DNA of 63,764 nucleotides, filler included, from Vannella sp. (lineage: Eukaryota), in NCBI GenBank assembly GCA_023345925.1. It is 6 parts of 6 records of this genome, joined end to end, with 100 filler letters (N's around TTAATTAATTAA, not from the genome) between each part and the next. Parts side by side here need not be neighbours in the genome. Positions count along the whole stretch, not along the records: positions 1 to 12,244 come from JAJQQN010001310.1; positions 12,345 to 40,666 come from JAJQQN010001295.1; 4 more parts are not named here. One strand, written 5' to 3'. Under the pieces are notes generated by a model that had not been told where the DNA came from, did not search any database, and saw nothing but the letters and a program-made list of their open reading frames with translations. The position numbers were made by a program, and so were the translations under genes. Position 1 is the stretch's first letter; the number at the start of each line of letters is the position of its first letter. Positions 1 to 13,070 of this stretch are shown piece after piece.

Positions 1-194
1 CGTTGTCCTCCGAGAATGGTGGCGTTCTTGAGGGATCCGGAGTTGGTTTGGGGCTGGTCGGTTCGGGTGTAGACGAGAACGTCCTTCTGAGTGGCATCAA
101 AGGCGTCAACAACATAGACAGGAGCGATTGAACCAGCGTTGGGAATGGCAACGCAGAAGGCGATGAAACTGACAAGGAGTAAGCTGCGGAGCAT
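1..194 (-). CDS. Secreted protein, 5' part only (continues beyond window start)
   Basis: ATG at 194, open to the window edge: MLRSLLLVSFIAFCVAIPNAGSIAPVYVVDAFDATQKDVLVY...NATILGGQR. Classic signal peptide. Not in the ORF track. Confidence 0.7.
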   Translation of the reverse strand, partial: MLRSLLLVSFIAFCVAIPNAGSIAPVYVVDAFDATQKDVLVYTRTDQPQTNSGSLKNATILGGQ

Positions 195-573
195 GGCCAG
201 AAGAATGATGAACAAGTAAGTGATGAGAAAGCTATTTAAAGGGAGTTCAAGAAAATTCTGTCTTCCCTTTTCCAACCTCCCATTCCCAGGAATGCCATTG
301 GCTCCTTCGAAGCCCAAAAGGAGACCAAGCGGCCGAAATCGGGAGAGAACTTTCAATCTGCCATCGTCCGGTGTGGGACAGCTTCTAGCAGGAGTCCTGA
401 TATGTGGTGTGATTTGAAGTGATTGCTTCTTTCCTGCAAAACAGTCTGTTCGAACCGATTCCTTCGATAGTTGAGGTCCCCATTGCTCCCATCATTGATT
501 GCCATTCCCATTATGTCCGGAGGAACTGCTCACAGAGCAAATTCGCATTTAACTGTTCCTGGAAGCACTCAAG

Positions 574-655
574 CAGTGAAAAAAATGAAATCAGCTCAAA
601 AGCTGAACCCGGAAGGATGGAGGTCATCATGACCACCAAAACAAACACGGGTTTG
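574..655. repeat. Dispersed ~80-bp repeat, copy A
   Basis: CAGTGAAAAAAATGAAATCAGCTCAAAAGCTGAACCCGGAAGGATGGAGGTCATCA... aligns with 846-926 and 48527-48603. Confidence 0.75.
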
Positions 656-845
656 GGAACCCTCTTCCGAGAGAAGTCACGAGTGGCGAGGGCGTTTCCC
701 TGGTTTGGTGTCTTATGCTCTCAAGGTGTTCATGAAGATCCAGATCGTGGAGAAGGCGAAGGTTTGTACACTCATTCTCCTTCCCTTTGGTCTTGATCTA
801 ACACTGGAAAAGACTGTTCGGTCCGTCAACACTCAAACATCCAAA

Positions 846-926
846 CAGTGAAAAAAATGAAATCAGTCCAAAAGCTTATCTTGAAGAGATGGAGGCCATC
901 AGGGCAAGCTCCGCAAATACGGGTTC
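846..926. repeat. Dispersed ~80-bp repeat, copy B
   Basis: CAGTGAAAAAAATGAAATCAGTCCAAAAGCTTATCTTGAAGAGATGGAGGCCATCAGG...GCAAATACGGGTT. Confidence 0.75.
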
Positions 927-1178
927 TGCCCCCTGTTCCCCTTGATTTTCTCGTCCCATGCTGCTCGGGAATATTTTCTCGGCGCTCCGACACCAGGACC
1001 ACTGGTAAAAATGGAATAATTCAAGTCTTGAACGTGAAAAGAATGAAAGGAGAGAAGAGGGGAGGAAAAGGCATTGCCGTTGGGGGATGCGCTCTTCTGC
1101 TGCTGGCGCCCTCAACTTTCTGGGTGGGATGACTCGTGATGAGGTGGTGGTGAAGGCTAATGATGTGTAGGGTCTCCG

Positions 1179-4100
1179 ATGAAGACGGATCGCACAGCAG
1201 CTCTCTTTGCGACCTTGGAGAATGGAGAGGTGGAGGAGTTCAAGCGTCTCTTGCTGAAGGAACGTTCCCTCCAGCGCAAGAGGAACCCGGATTCCAGAAC
1301 TTTATTACATATCAGTGCTATGCAAGGCAATGAGGAGCTCTCTCAGGTTCGTTCCCTTCAGAAACTTGAGAGGTTCCCCTCGTCTCACTCCAACTCCACG
1401 TACAGCTCGTTATCGACAAAGGGAGGGGTCTCATGAACCTCTCTGACTCCTATGGAATGACTCCACTTCACCTTGCGATCTCCTCTGGCCATCTGAGCCT
1501 GGCAGAGTTACTTATCGAACACAAAGCGGACGTTACTGCTGTTGACAACCGAGTAGGCAACGCCCGCTCTTCCTCACATCACATCGAACTTACTACCCAC
1601 AACCAGGGCCAGAACGTCCTCCACCACTTGGCTTTGAAGACAAATGCGGCACCTTCTGCATTCCAAAAGGTTTCCGCCTCTAGCGCCCTTCCTCTCGCGA
1701 ATCTGACACCGTGGATAGCTTCTACAGAGCATACTGAATGGGGGAGTTGATTTGCAGGCCCAGGATCACGAGGGGAACGGAGCAAGCCACATCGCCGCAG
1801 CCGAAGGAAACGAGCAAATGATCATCAATTTGAAGGCCTACAAGGGACTCCTTAACGAAGCCAACGAGTGAGGAAGCTTCTCATCTCTCTCTCTGTGGCC
1901 TCCGCTCACTATCAAGTAGACAAAACCGGACTCCTTTGCAAGTGGCTGGTCAGGCGGACCAGACGGGCATTGTAGAGATGCTTTTAAGCTTTGGTGTAGA
2001 TTCTGCTGGGTTCTTTGAAGACTGCCAAAGTGGTCAGATGCCAGAATCCATCGCTACGCGATTTAAGGAGCGAAACGGTGCCCCCCGAAGCTCTTCCATC
2101 CTCCTTAAGCAAAGTCACCCTCCTCCCTCAAGTACGAATGGCAAAGATAGACGAAAGAGTCGCAAGTCTATCATGTGGGCGAGTAAATCATCCCCCATCC
2201 TCTCAGAGGAGCAACAAATCGCTTGGATTGACCAATTCAATGGAGCCATTACCTCCCGAGGCGACATTCGCCCCTTCACGAAGAAGGAATTCGTCTCTTT
2301 TCTCCATCGCCAAGGCAGTGACGGACGCTGTCCTGTCAGTGTAGCATCTCAATACGGTCATCTGGACACAGTTGTGGCTCTCATTCACAAACTCAAGCTC
2401 GACCCCAACATTGTGGATGCCACGGGGAAGACCCCACTGCTTTTGGCTGCTAAGTACAGTAAGTTTGTCGTGCTGGAGTATCTGATTGCTCTCCCCAACA
2501 CGAATGTACTTGCGAAATCGAGCAACAACAAGAATACTTTGCATTACGTTGCTCAGAGCCCTGTCAATGACCGTGACCGCATTTTGAAGATCTTTAAGAA
2601 GCTTGTTGATAGTGGAGTTGATGTAAATGAGAAGACTCGCAAGCAGGGCTACACAGCGGCCCATTTGGCAGCTCAGCATGGAAATACGGATGCTATTCTC
2701 AGTCTGCACTTTATACGCGCCAATTTGGACCTCCCTTGCCTCAATGGGATGCAAGCTGCTCAATTTGCAGCCCAAAAAGGACATCCAGAAACGCTCACCA
2801 CACTTCTAGAACTGGGAGCAGACCGGGAACTTCTTCTCAAGGCTGTTGTAGAGGGCCAGTTTCCGGATAGGATCCGTCGTTTGATTGATTCAGTCAAGCA
2901 GATATCTCCTCGTTCTCGCCGGTCGGTTGTCCATTCAACTGCTTCCATCACTCATGGAACAGCGTTTCATGCGGATGAGTCGGTTTCGTTGACTCCTCGC
3001 AATCTGGGCTCGACCAAAGTCACTTCAGATATGTTTACTGTACAGAATCATCCTATTCATACTGCTATTGCTCGCCGGATGAAAGTGCCAGAGATTGCCA
3101 GGCTTATTCGCAAGGAGGGAGTGGAGATTCTGAGCATTCCTAACCCTGAAGGGCAGACTGCACTTCACATTGCTGTCCAGCTTCAGTTCCCTGAAATAGT
3201 AAGCTTACTGGTGGATAGGTTCCACGTACCGTTGGATAGGAAGGATGATACTGGACAAACAGCGCTCCTTTTAGCTGCTGGAAACCATGACATCAAGCTT
3301 TGCGAGTTCCTGGTGCTCAACGGTGCTAATCCGTCGCTCCAAAACGACAAAGGAAACATGCTCCATCTGCTGACAGGTCTCAGTCGAGGCCGAGACCTAA
3401 TTCAACCTCTCCACGACCTCATTCGCTCTGCCAGCCAACGCGGGCTTGATGTGGAAGAACTCTCACCGGAAGGCTTTTCGCCGCTCCACCTCGCTTCTCG
3501 CCTTGGGAATTCAACAATGATAAGTGCATTGCTCAATTGTGACGCTGATTTGGAGACAACTTCTACTTCAGGCTTGACTGCCTTACAGGTAGCCGCTGAG
3601 GCGAACCAAAAGGCGTCTGTTCGATTATTGCGCTCCCGAGGGGCAATGTTGGAGGCTTTTAGCGAGGAACAGATCGCTCAGTTGAATTCGGATATCTTGG
3701 GAGTCTTGAGGATAGTCGAGCCAGTTCATGCACAGACAACCAACCAGGAGATTTCGCAATTCCACATTGCTGTCTGCACGGGCAACAAGCTGGAAGTGCG
3801 CCGTATGCTAAAGAAGAACGAAGGGCTAGCCCATGCTTCAGACAAGTCTGGCTCAACACCGCTTCACCTAGCCGTTTCTGTTGGAGACTTGGAACTTGTG
3901 GAAGCCCTTCTTGAGCGTGGCGTTGACGTTGATGCACTCGATTCCAAGGGTCAATCTCCTTTGCTGATAGCCTTCCGCTCGTGCCTTCTTCCAGTAAGCT
4001 CATCCATCCTCGCCAGACTGTAACTGACGAATAGGGAAGATTATTGAGGTCCTACTGAAGAGCTCAGCAAGATTTTGTGACATCAAAACGGGGCGGCGGG

Positions 4101-6308
4101 GGAACGCTCTCCATTTACTGTGCGAGAGAGCCGTTAAGATTCCAGCTGGGGAACAGGATCGTGTGAAGGAGATTGTCCAGCTTATTTTGTCAAGAGATGG
4201 TCAGATGAAGATCAATGGACTTGATTCCAACGGCAACACAGCTTTGCACGTTGCAGCACAAGTCGATAACTTGCCGCTTATCACGTTACTACTGAGCTTG
4301 AAGGCTAATCCCAATCTCCATAACGGCCTCGGTGAAACTCCCTTGCTAATTGCCATTCTGGCAGGCCATGCACCGGCTGTGAAGCAACTTCTGGATGCAG
4401 GAGCCAACTCTGAGTTTATCGATTGGGAGATTCGGGGGCAAAGTCTGTCCCCAGAGATGACAGAGACTTTGTACCATCAAAATATTGACTATCGTCCTCC
4501 TGATTCTGACCCTCATGTACCAAATCTCAGAGTGCTCAGTCGCCTTGTGAAAGTAACGGAGCAAGCTGTTGCTCACTCTAACCGCGCTGTCACGTCAGGC
4601 CTTATTCTGGGAAGCTCTCTAGAGTCTTCTGAGCGTCTTTCTATCGTTCCTTTTGAAGAGGCCTCTGTCTCTCCAAGCGAGGAAGAGACTCTTGCACTCA
4701 AATACTGGCGGGAGTGCTTTGGTAGGGCCAATTCACAGCACAAATGCAGCCCTTTCCAAGTGGATCGACGGGGATTGCGCTACCTTTTCGAACGGTTGAA
4801 TATTCCTTTGCAGGAGGCTGAGTTTGGCCTGCTCTATCGCAACCTCACCGTTCAGTTTAATCGGGAGGAATTGACTTTCTCTCAGCTATTGGAAGTGTTT
4901 GGCACTGCCTGGAGGCTCTTTTACAGTGAGAAAGCGCAAACCCAAAGCGAGATTCAAGACAGTCTCAGTGCTCTGTCGTCCCCTCGACGATCTCTTGGTT
5001 TCGCTATCGAAAAGAACTCAACAGGAAATAGTCCGGCTTCTCCCGGCAGGAGGAGCACCCCAACGTCACCTAAGAGAAGCATTAGCGCGAAAGAGACTAA
5101 GTTACGAAAGAGCGCTACACATTCGCCATCAGAAGGAGCTCCTCTTTCTCCCACCAAGCCCAAAGCTGTGCCGTCTATCGAACTTCGACTTTCTGATGAC
5201 ATGGACCAGGATAGAGCAGACAGTAAAAGCGCCCGCCGCTTGAGAAAGACTCGTAAAAGCTCGCGCAACAGCAGTTCAAGATCATCTCCGGTTGCACCAC
5301 TTGTCCTCGACACAGACACAGAAAAATCAGAACGCTGTGCTGTGGGACCGAGTCTCTCTGATGAGCCAGCAGCTGAGAGCGTTGCTTCAAAGCACTTTGC
5401 TAGATTATTTGATTCCATTCTTGCTATTGAAGGGTGTGAAGAGGCAACTGGCGAGATCATTTCAAAATACTTTCAGGACTCTTCTTGCACTCCTTTGCTC
5501 ACTCAGAATGTCATTCCCACAATTATGCAATCTTCTCTGCTTTCAGCTCTCACGAAAGAGTCTTTTTGTGAGTTCTTTTTATCCCAACAAGGCTCCGTTC
5601 AGGTGATGGAAGTCATACACAGGGCACAAGAGGCTTTGGCAAGCTATTTGGACGAGGCGCAGGTAAGAACGCACCTTTTTTGCCTTTCTAGCTTAACGAA
5701 TGCATCCAGGGGAACAAGAAATCTCCGGCAGTGGAGCGTTTTAAGCTTCGCTTGTACTTACAGGAGATGGCAAGGCAACTTGATGGTATGGTCAACGACA
5801 TCGAATCTCTTTTGTCCTCCAATGAAGATACTCCTGAAGGGGAGTCAGATGTTGACAAGAGTGAGCGCAGATTCCCTTCCTGGCAGTCAATTACTGACAC
5901 CTTTCAGCTCTTCGGCATATCCGCGATCAAAAGGCAAAGGACAGAAAGACAACACAACAGTTGGGACTTCCTCGGATTCTCACGGAAACCTCTCTTTCGG
6001 CTCTGGGTCTTGGAGTGTCAATTGGATCAAAAGAGTCCATCTTGGTCACCCGCTCCATTCCCTCCGCCCTTCCGGAAGCCTCGGCTTTCATGAACCGGTA
6101 CGCCACTTTGTGTGGGCTGGAAGAAGGATGCCTTTGGTCCTCTTCCAACATGCAGAATGGCGTCTGGCAAATCCACCAAGTCTGGAGCACACCAAAGGCC
6201 TTCTCTGAGCATTACTTACAAAGCGAAGTCTGGGTGGACTTTGAAAAGGATCTTCTTCAGCGTTCTTTGGTGGAAGAGGTCGCCGTCCACAGGGTCCATT
6301 CCTTATAA
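1179..6308 (+). CDS. Large multi-exon ankyrin-repeat protein (~1600 aa) with possible C-terminal ABM-like domain
   Basis: Many GxTPLHxA ankyrin motifs. Spliced exons approx. 1179-1346, 1406-1552, 1607-1669, 1719-1867, 1920-3993, 4040-5662, 5710-5860, 5908-6308, all GT-AG and frame-consistent. Confidence 0.9.
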
Positions 6309-6413
6309 ATCTCTTTGAAACAGAGAAAGGAAGCTCTATTTGCATGTATGATACACTCATGGCAACGGAGAGACCCGCACAAGACCCAACTCCCGTTGAT
6401 GTGGAGCTCTGGA

Positions 6414-7453
6414 CTAGCCCTCTGCGTTGATGTCTACCTGTGACAGTATCTGTGTGGCTTCCTAGACGGGTTTAAGTCCATGATGAGGGAGGATGCTCTT
6501 GAGCTTACAGTGAGCTCGTCATCGAGTGACTCGAGAGGTTCCTCCACATTGTTTGGCGGGTATTGGCCTGGGTAGGGGTGCATGACTCCAGGATAGGGCC
6601 AGTAAGGAGTGGCATCATAGTAGCCCGGAGGTGATCCGTAGTAGGGCTCATAGCCGTAAGGAATCCCCATGTAGGGCGAGGCCAAGTAGGGTACATTGTA
6701 ACCTGGAGGTGAATAGCCTTCAATTAGCAGCAGAAAGTCTTAGTGAGCAACTCGCAGGGTCTCAGAACTCTGAGTACGTACCGTACGGCAAGTAAGGAGT
6801 GGGAGCATAGCCTAACGGCGAGTCAGTCAAGTCTTTTCTGTGAGCCGTAAACTCACCGTAGACTGGCTGGTTAATGTTCACGGGAGTAGGACTGCTTCGT
6901 TTGTTCGGCTTACGATAGGCCTCTCCCACGTTCATCTGCCCACCGGTCGGTGTCAGGCAAAGGAGAGGATTCCGTCCTTCGAAGAGCGTACCAGTTTGCC
7001 CATGAAGTTCAAGTCTGTGACAGTCTTCACGAGCTCAGCAGTGGCAGGATCATCGAACGTAACAAAGCCGTATCTGCCAGCCCACCTTCCATCAGAAACG
7101 AGGAGCCAACGCATCCCTCCGTTCTCTTCATCTGGCGAGGGTCCTTGCGGAGGCTTACCCTTTGGACTTGTTTGTCTCTCTATCTGCGATTATCTTACAA
7201 CTAGCCACCGGTCCAAACGTCTCGAAGAAGGCCTTCAATTGGTCCTCGTCCGCCTAAGTTCCCCAAAAATCAGTAAAAATCCGGACTATTCGCCTCCTCC
7301 ACATCCATCAACAGTGTCACTCGTAGAGAGCTGTTTGCTCGCCAGAAAGCCACCAAAAAGGAGGGATTCAAGAGGAGGGAGAAGTGGGAAGATTACCTTC
7401 CAGCTGATGCCTCCCACAAAGACTGTGGCTTGCTTCTCTCTTTCTGTCATCAT
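6414..7453 (-). CDS. Single-RRM RNA-binding protein with Tyr/Pro-rich tail (Boule/DAZ-like)
   Basis: Spliced: MMTEREKQATVFVGGISWK|ADEDQLKAFFETFGPVASCKIIADRETNKSKG|YGFVTFDDPATAELVK...NFMGKL|MNVGEAYRK. RNP2 VFVGGI, RNP1 KGYGFVTF, Y/P-rich C-terminus. Stop TAG ending at 6414. Confidence 0.85.
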
Positions 7454-7654
7454 CTTCTGCAAAGAAGTCAGTTGGTGTCCACGAATGAACCTTCCACGGA
7501 AGACCGATCTCACAGAAACCGTTCCCTTTGCCACTCCCCTCCCTTCCCTTCATCACTCACTCAAGAACGATTCACAAGCACACTAGCAAGTCCGTTAGCG
7601 CCTCTCCGGAAGAAGCGCCGAATAATGAGGACCTTTTCCTTCCATGTGCAACGA

Positions 7655-7731
7655 CCAATCAGAATCGGCGCATTTTGCGCCGAGCCAATCAGAATCGAGC
7701 TTTCTTCAACAGCCAGAAAATGAGTTTCAAA
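7655..7731. promoter_or_regulatory. Bidirectional promoter with twin CCAATCAGAATCG boxes, a central dyad and TTCAAA
   Basis: CCAATCAGAATCG at 7655-7667 and 7685-7697; TCGGCGCA-TTT-TGCGCCGA inverted repeat 7665-7683; TTTCAAA 7725-7731. Lies between divergent genes. Confidence 0.5.
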
Positions 7732-7797
7732 TGATGAATTTCAGTTTCCTGTTAGTTTTGTAATGAGGAGTGAAAACTTTCACTTTTCTGTGAGCCG

Positions 7798-11054
<3,257 letters not shown>

Positions 11055-11100
11055 ATTGCCACTAAATATCTCATTCTAGCTCCTATGACGAACTTCTTGC

Positions 11101-11172
11101 CGCATTTCCCCTCGTCTTGTTGCATTTCCCCTCGATTGGGCGCATTTCCCCTCCCCTTGTTGCATTTCCCCT
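11101..11172 (+). repeat. Four 20-bp-period copies of GCATTTCCCCT directly upstream of an ATG
   Basis: Units start at 11101, 11121, 11141, 11161; ATG at 11180. Confidence 0.85.
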
Positions 11173-11179
11173 TGGCTGG

Positions 11180-11872
11180 ATGGGAGCGAACACCTCCAAC
11201 CTTCGACCCGAGGAGATTGATGAGCTCCAGGCACATACGCATTGTGAGCATGTTGTAGGGGGGAAGTGGGTGTCTGATGAGGTCGAGTAGTGAAGAAGGA
11301 AGAGATTGTGCGGCTTTATGATCGGTTTAAGCGGTTGGACCGGGAAGGGTACGGTACCATCAGTTCAGATGCCTTTCTGTCTATCCCAGAGCTATCTATG
11401 AACCCTCTTAGCAAGAGGGTCATACGAGTATTCGACCCAAACAACGATGACAACGTTAACTTCCGCCAGTTCGCCACAACCCTCGCAGTGTTCTCTCGCG
11501 ATGCTCCCAAAGAGCAGAAGATGGAGTGTACGTCCTTCCCTCTATGTGGTGCTTCTTGCCTCTAACTAGTAGGTCTGGGTAGTTGTCTTTAAGGTCTTTG
11601 ACCTTGATAATGACGGTTTCGTGACGCAAGAGGACATCTCACAGGTTCTCAAGATGATGATCGGCCCTCAGATCGTCAGCGCCAACGTCCTCGATCACAT
11701 CGCTTCAGAGACGATTCGAGAAGCTGACAAGTCCAACTCTGGTCGTGTCTGCCCAGAGGAGTTCTACAAGGTGAGCTGCCAAGCTCATTCCCTCTCCCTT
11801 TGGGCCTAACCTGAGTGGCACAAGGTTCTGGGACAAGTGGATTGGGAGCAGAAGCTCTCTATTGAGTTCTAA
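11180..11872 (+). CDS. Calcineurin B / calcineurin B homologous (CHP) EF-hand protein
   Basis: MGANTS myristoylation motif; LYDRFKRLDREGYGTIS, FLSIPELSMNPL, DLDNDGFVT, DKSNSGRV EF-hands; 4 exons, ending KLSIEF*. Confidence 0.92.
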
Positions 11873-11890
11873 AGGCCAATACAGCTGTGT

Positions 11891-12244
11891 TTAGTCATCC
11901 AGGTGCCGAGCAAGTAGATCGAGGAGCTTGTCAGCATCAAAGCGATGACACGGCTCCCACAGAGAGAATTCCGCGTTCTTTCGAAGAGCGAGAGTACGGA
12001 GGTCCTCAATCTGGATCCAAGCGGACTTCACATCCGTCAAAGAGACCATCAAAGTCATGCGGATCCGCCCTGACGGGAAAAGGCTGATCCGGCACACCGC
12101 GTGAGAGCGACTAGAGAAGGGGATGGAGGTAGAGACAAGGGCCAGAGACTCTTCCAGCTCTGCAAGCTCCACAAGGATGCAATTGCATCGCACTTTGCTC
12201 GTGATCTTCCGCCAAATGCGCTCTTCGTGTGCTGTGGAGGTATC
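11891..12244 (-). CDS. 3' end of unknown protein (truncated by contig edge)
   Basis: Open frame from contig end to stop at 11891, convergent with the calcineurin B gene; no recognisable motif. Confidence 0.5.
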   Translation of the reverse strand, partial: DTSTAHEERIWRKITSKVRCNCILVELAELEESLALVSTSIPFSSRSHAVCRISLFPSGRIRMTLMVSLTDVKSAWIQIEDLRTLALRKNAEFSLWEPCHRFDADKLLDLLARHLDD

Positions 12245-12344
12245 NNNNNNNNNNNNNNNNNNNNNNNNNNNNNNNNNNNNNNNNNNNNTTAATTAATTAA
12301 NNNNNNNNNNNNNNNNNNNNNNNNNNNNNNNNNNNNNNNNNNNN
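12245..12344. other. Artificial contig spacer
   Basis: 44 N + TTAATTAATTAA (stops in all six frames) + 44 N. Confidence 0.99.
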
Positions 12345-13070
12345 TGGGCCTTTGTTCATAGAAACTTGTTCATGAACCAGCTGAGCGGGCCCATCCCAGA
12401 AGGAATCGGCAACCTTGTCAACCTGACACGCTTGTAAGGAGGAATCCCATCCACTTTGTGGCTTCCATGCTCGCCAACAGGGAAAGTTTGACTTGGCTGG
12501 GCCTTCGATCATAGAAACTTATTCACGAACGAGCTGAGCGGGCCCATCCCAGAAGGAATCAGCAACCTGGTCAACCTGACACGCTTGTAAGGAGGGCTTC
12601 AGTGCTCCCCGACAGGAGAGACTCTGGCTTGGCCGGGTTCTTGATCAAAGAGGGTCTGACATGGCTGGGCCTTTGATCATAGAAGCTTGTCCACGAACCA
12701 GCTGACCGGGCCCATCCCAGAAGGAATCAGCAACCTGGCGAACCTGACACACTTGTAAGGAGCAATCCCATCCACTTTGTGGCTTCCATGCTCCTCGACA
12801 GGAGAGAGTCTGACTTGGCTGGGCCTTTGATCATAGAAGCTTGTTCACGAACCAGCTTAGTGGGCACATCCCAGAAGGAATCAGCAAGCTGGCCAACCTG
12901 ACGCGCTTGTAAGAAGGAATCTCATTCACTTTATGGCTTCAGTGCTCCCCGACAGGAGAGAGTCTGACTTGGCTGGGCCTTTGATCATAGACAATTGTCT
13001 GAGAACCAGCTGAGCGTGCCCATCCCAGAAGGAATCAGCAACCTGGTCAACCTGACTGAGTTGTAAGGAG
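12345..13070 (+). repeat. Tandem exon+intron cassette array (unit ~153-168 bp), each exon one 24-aa LRR
   Basis: 72-nt exons at 12362-12433, 12515-12586, 12683-12754, 12837-12908, 12991-13062. Homologous phase-2 introns of 81, 96, 82, 82 nt (GTAAG...GATCATAG). The array runs off the contig start. Confidence 0.95.

Noticed and set aside
12245..12344. TTAATTAATTAA palindrome flanked by N runs (five occurrences)
   Set aside because: Identical 100-bp artificial contig linker. Not biological, and genes on different contigs cannot be treated as clustered.
12345..13070. Regular repeat array resembling CRISPR or a satellite
   Set aside because: The intervening segments are homologous GT-AG introns, not unique spacers, and the repeats are coding LRR exons; no cas genes.
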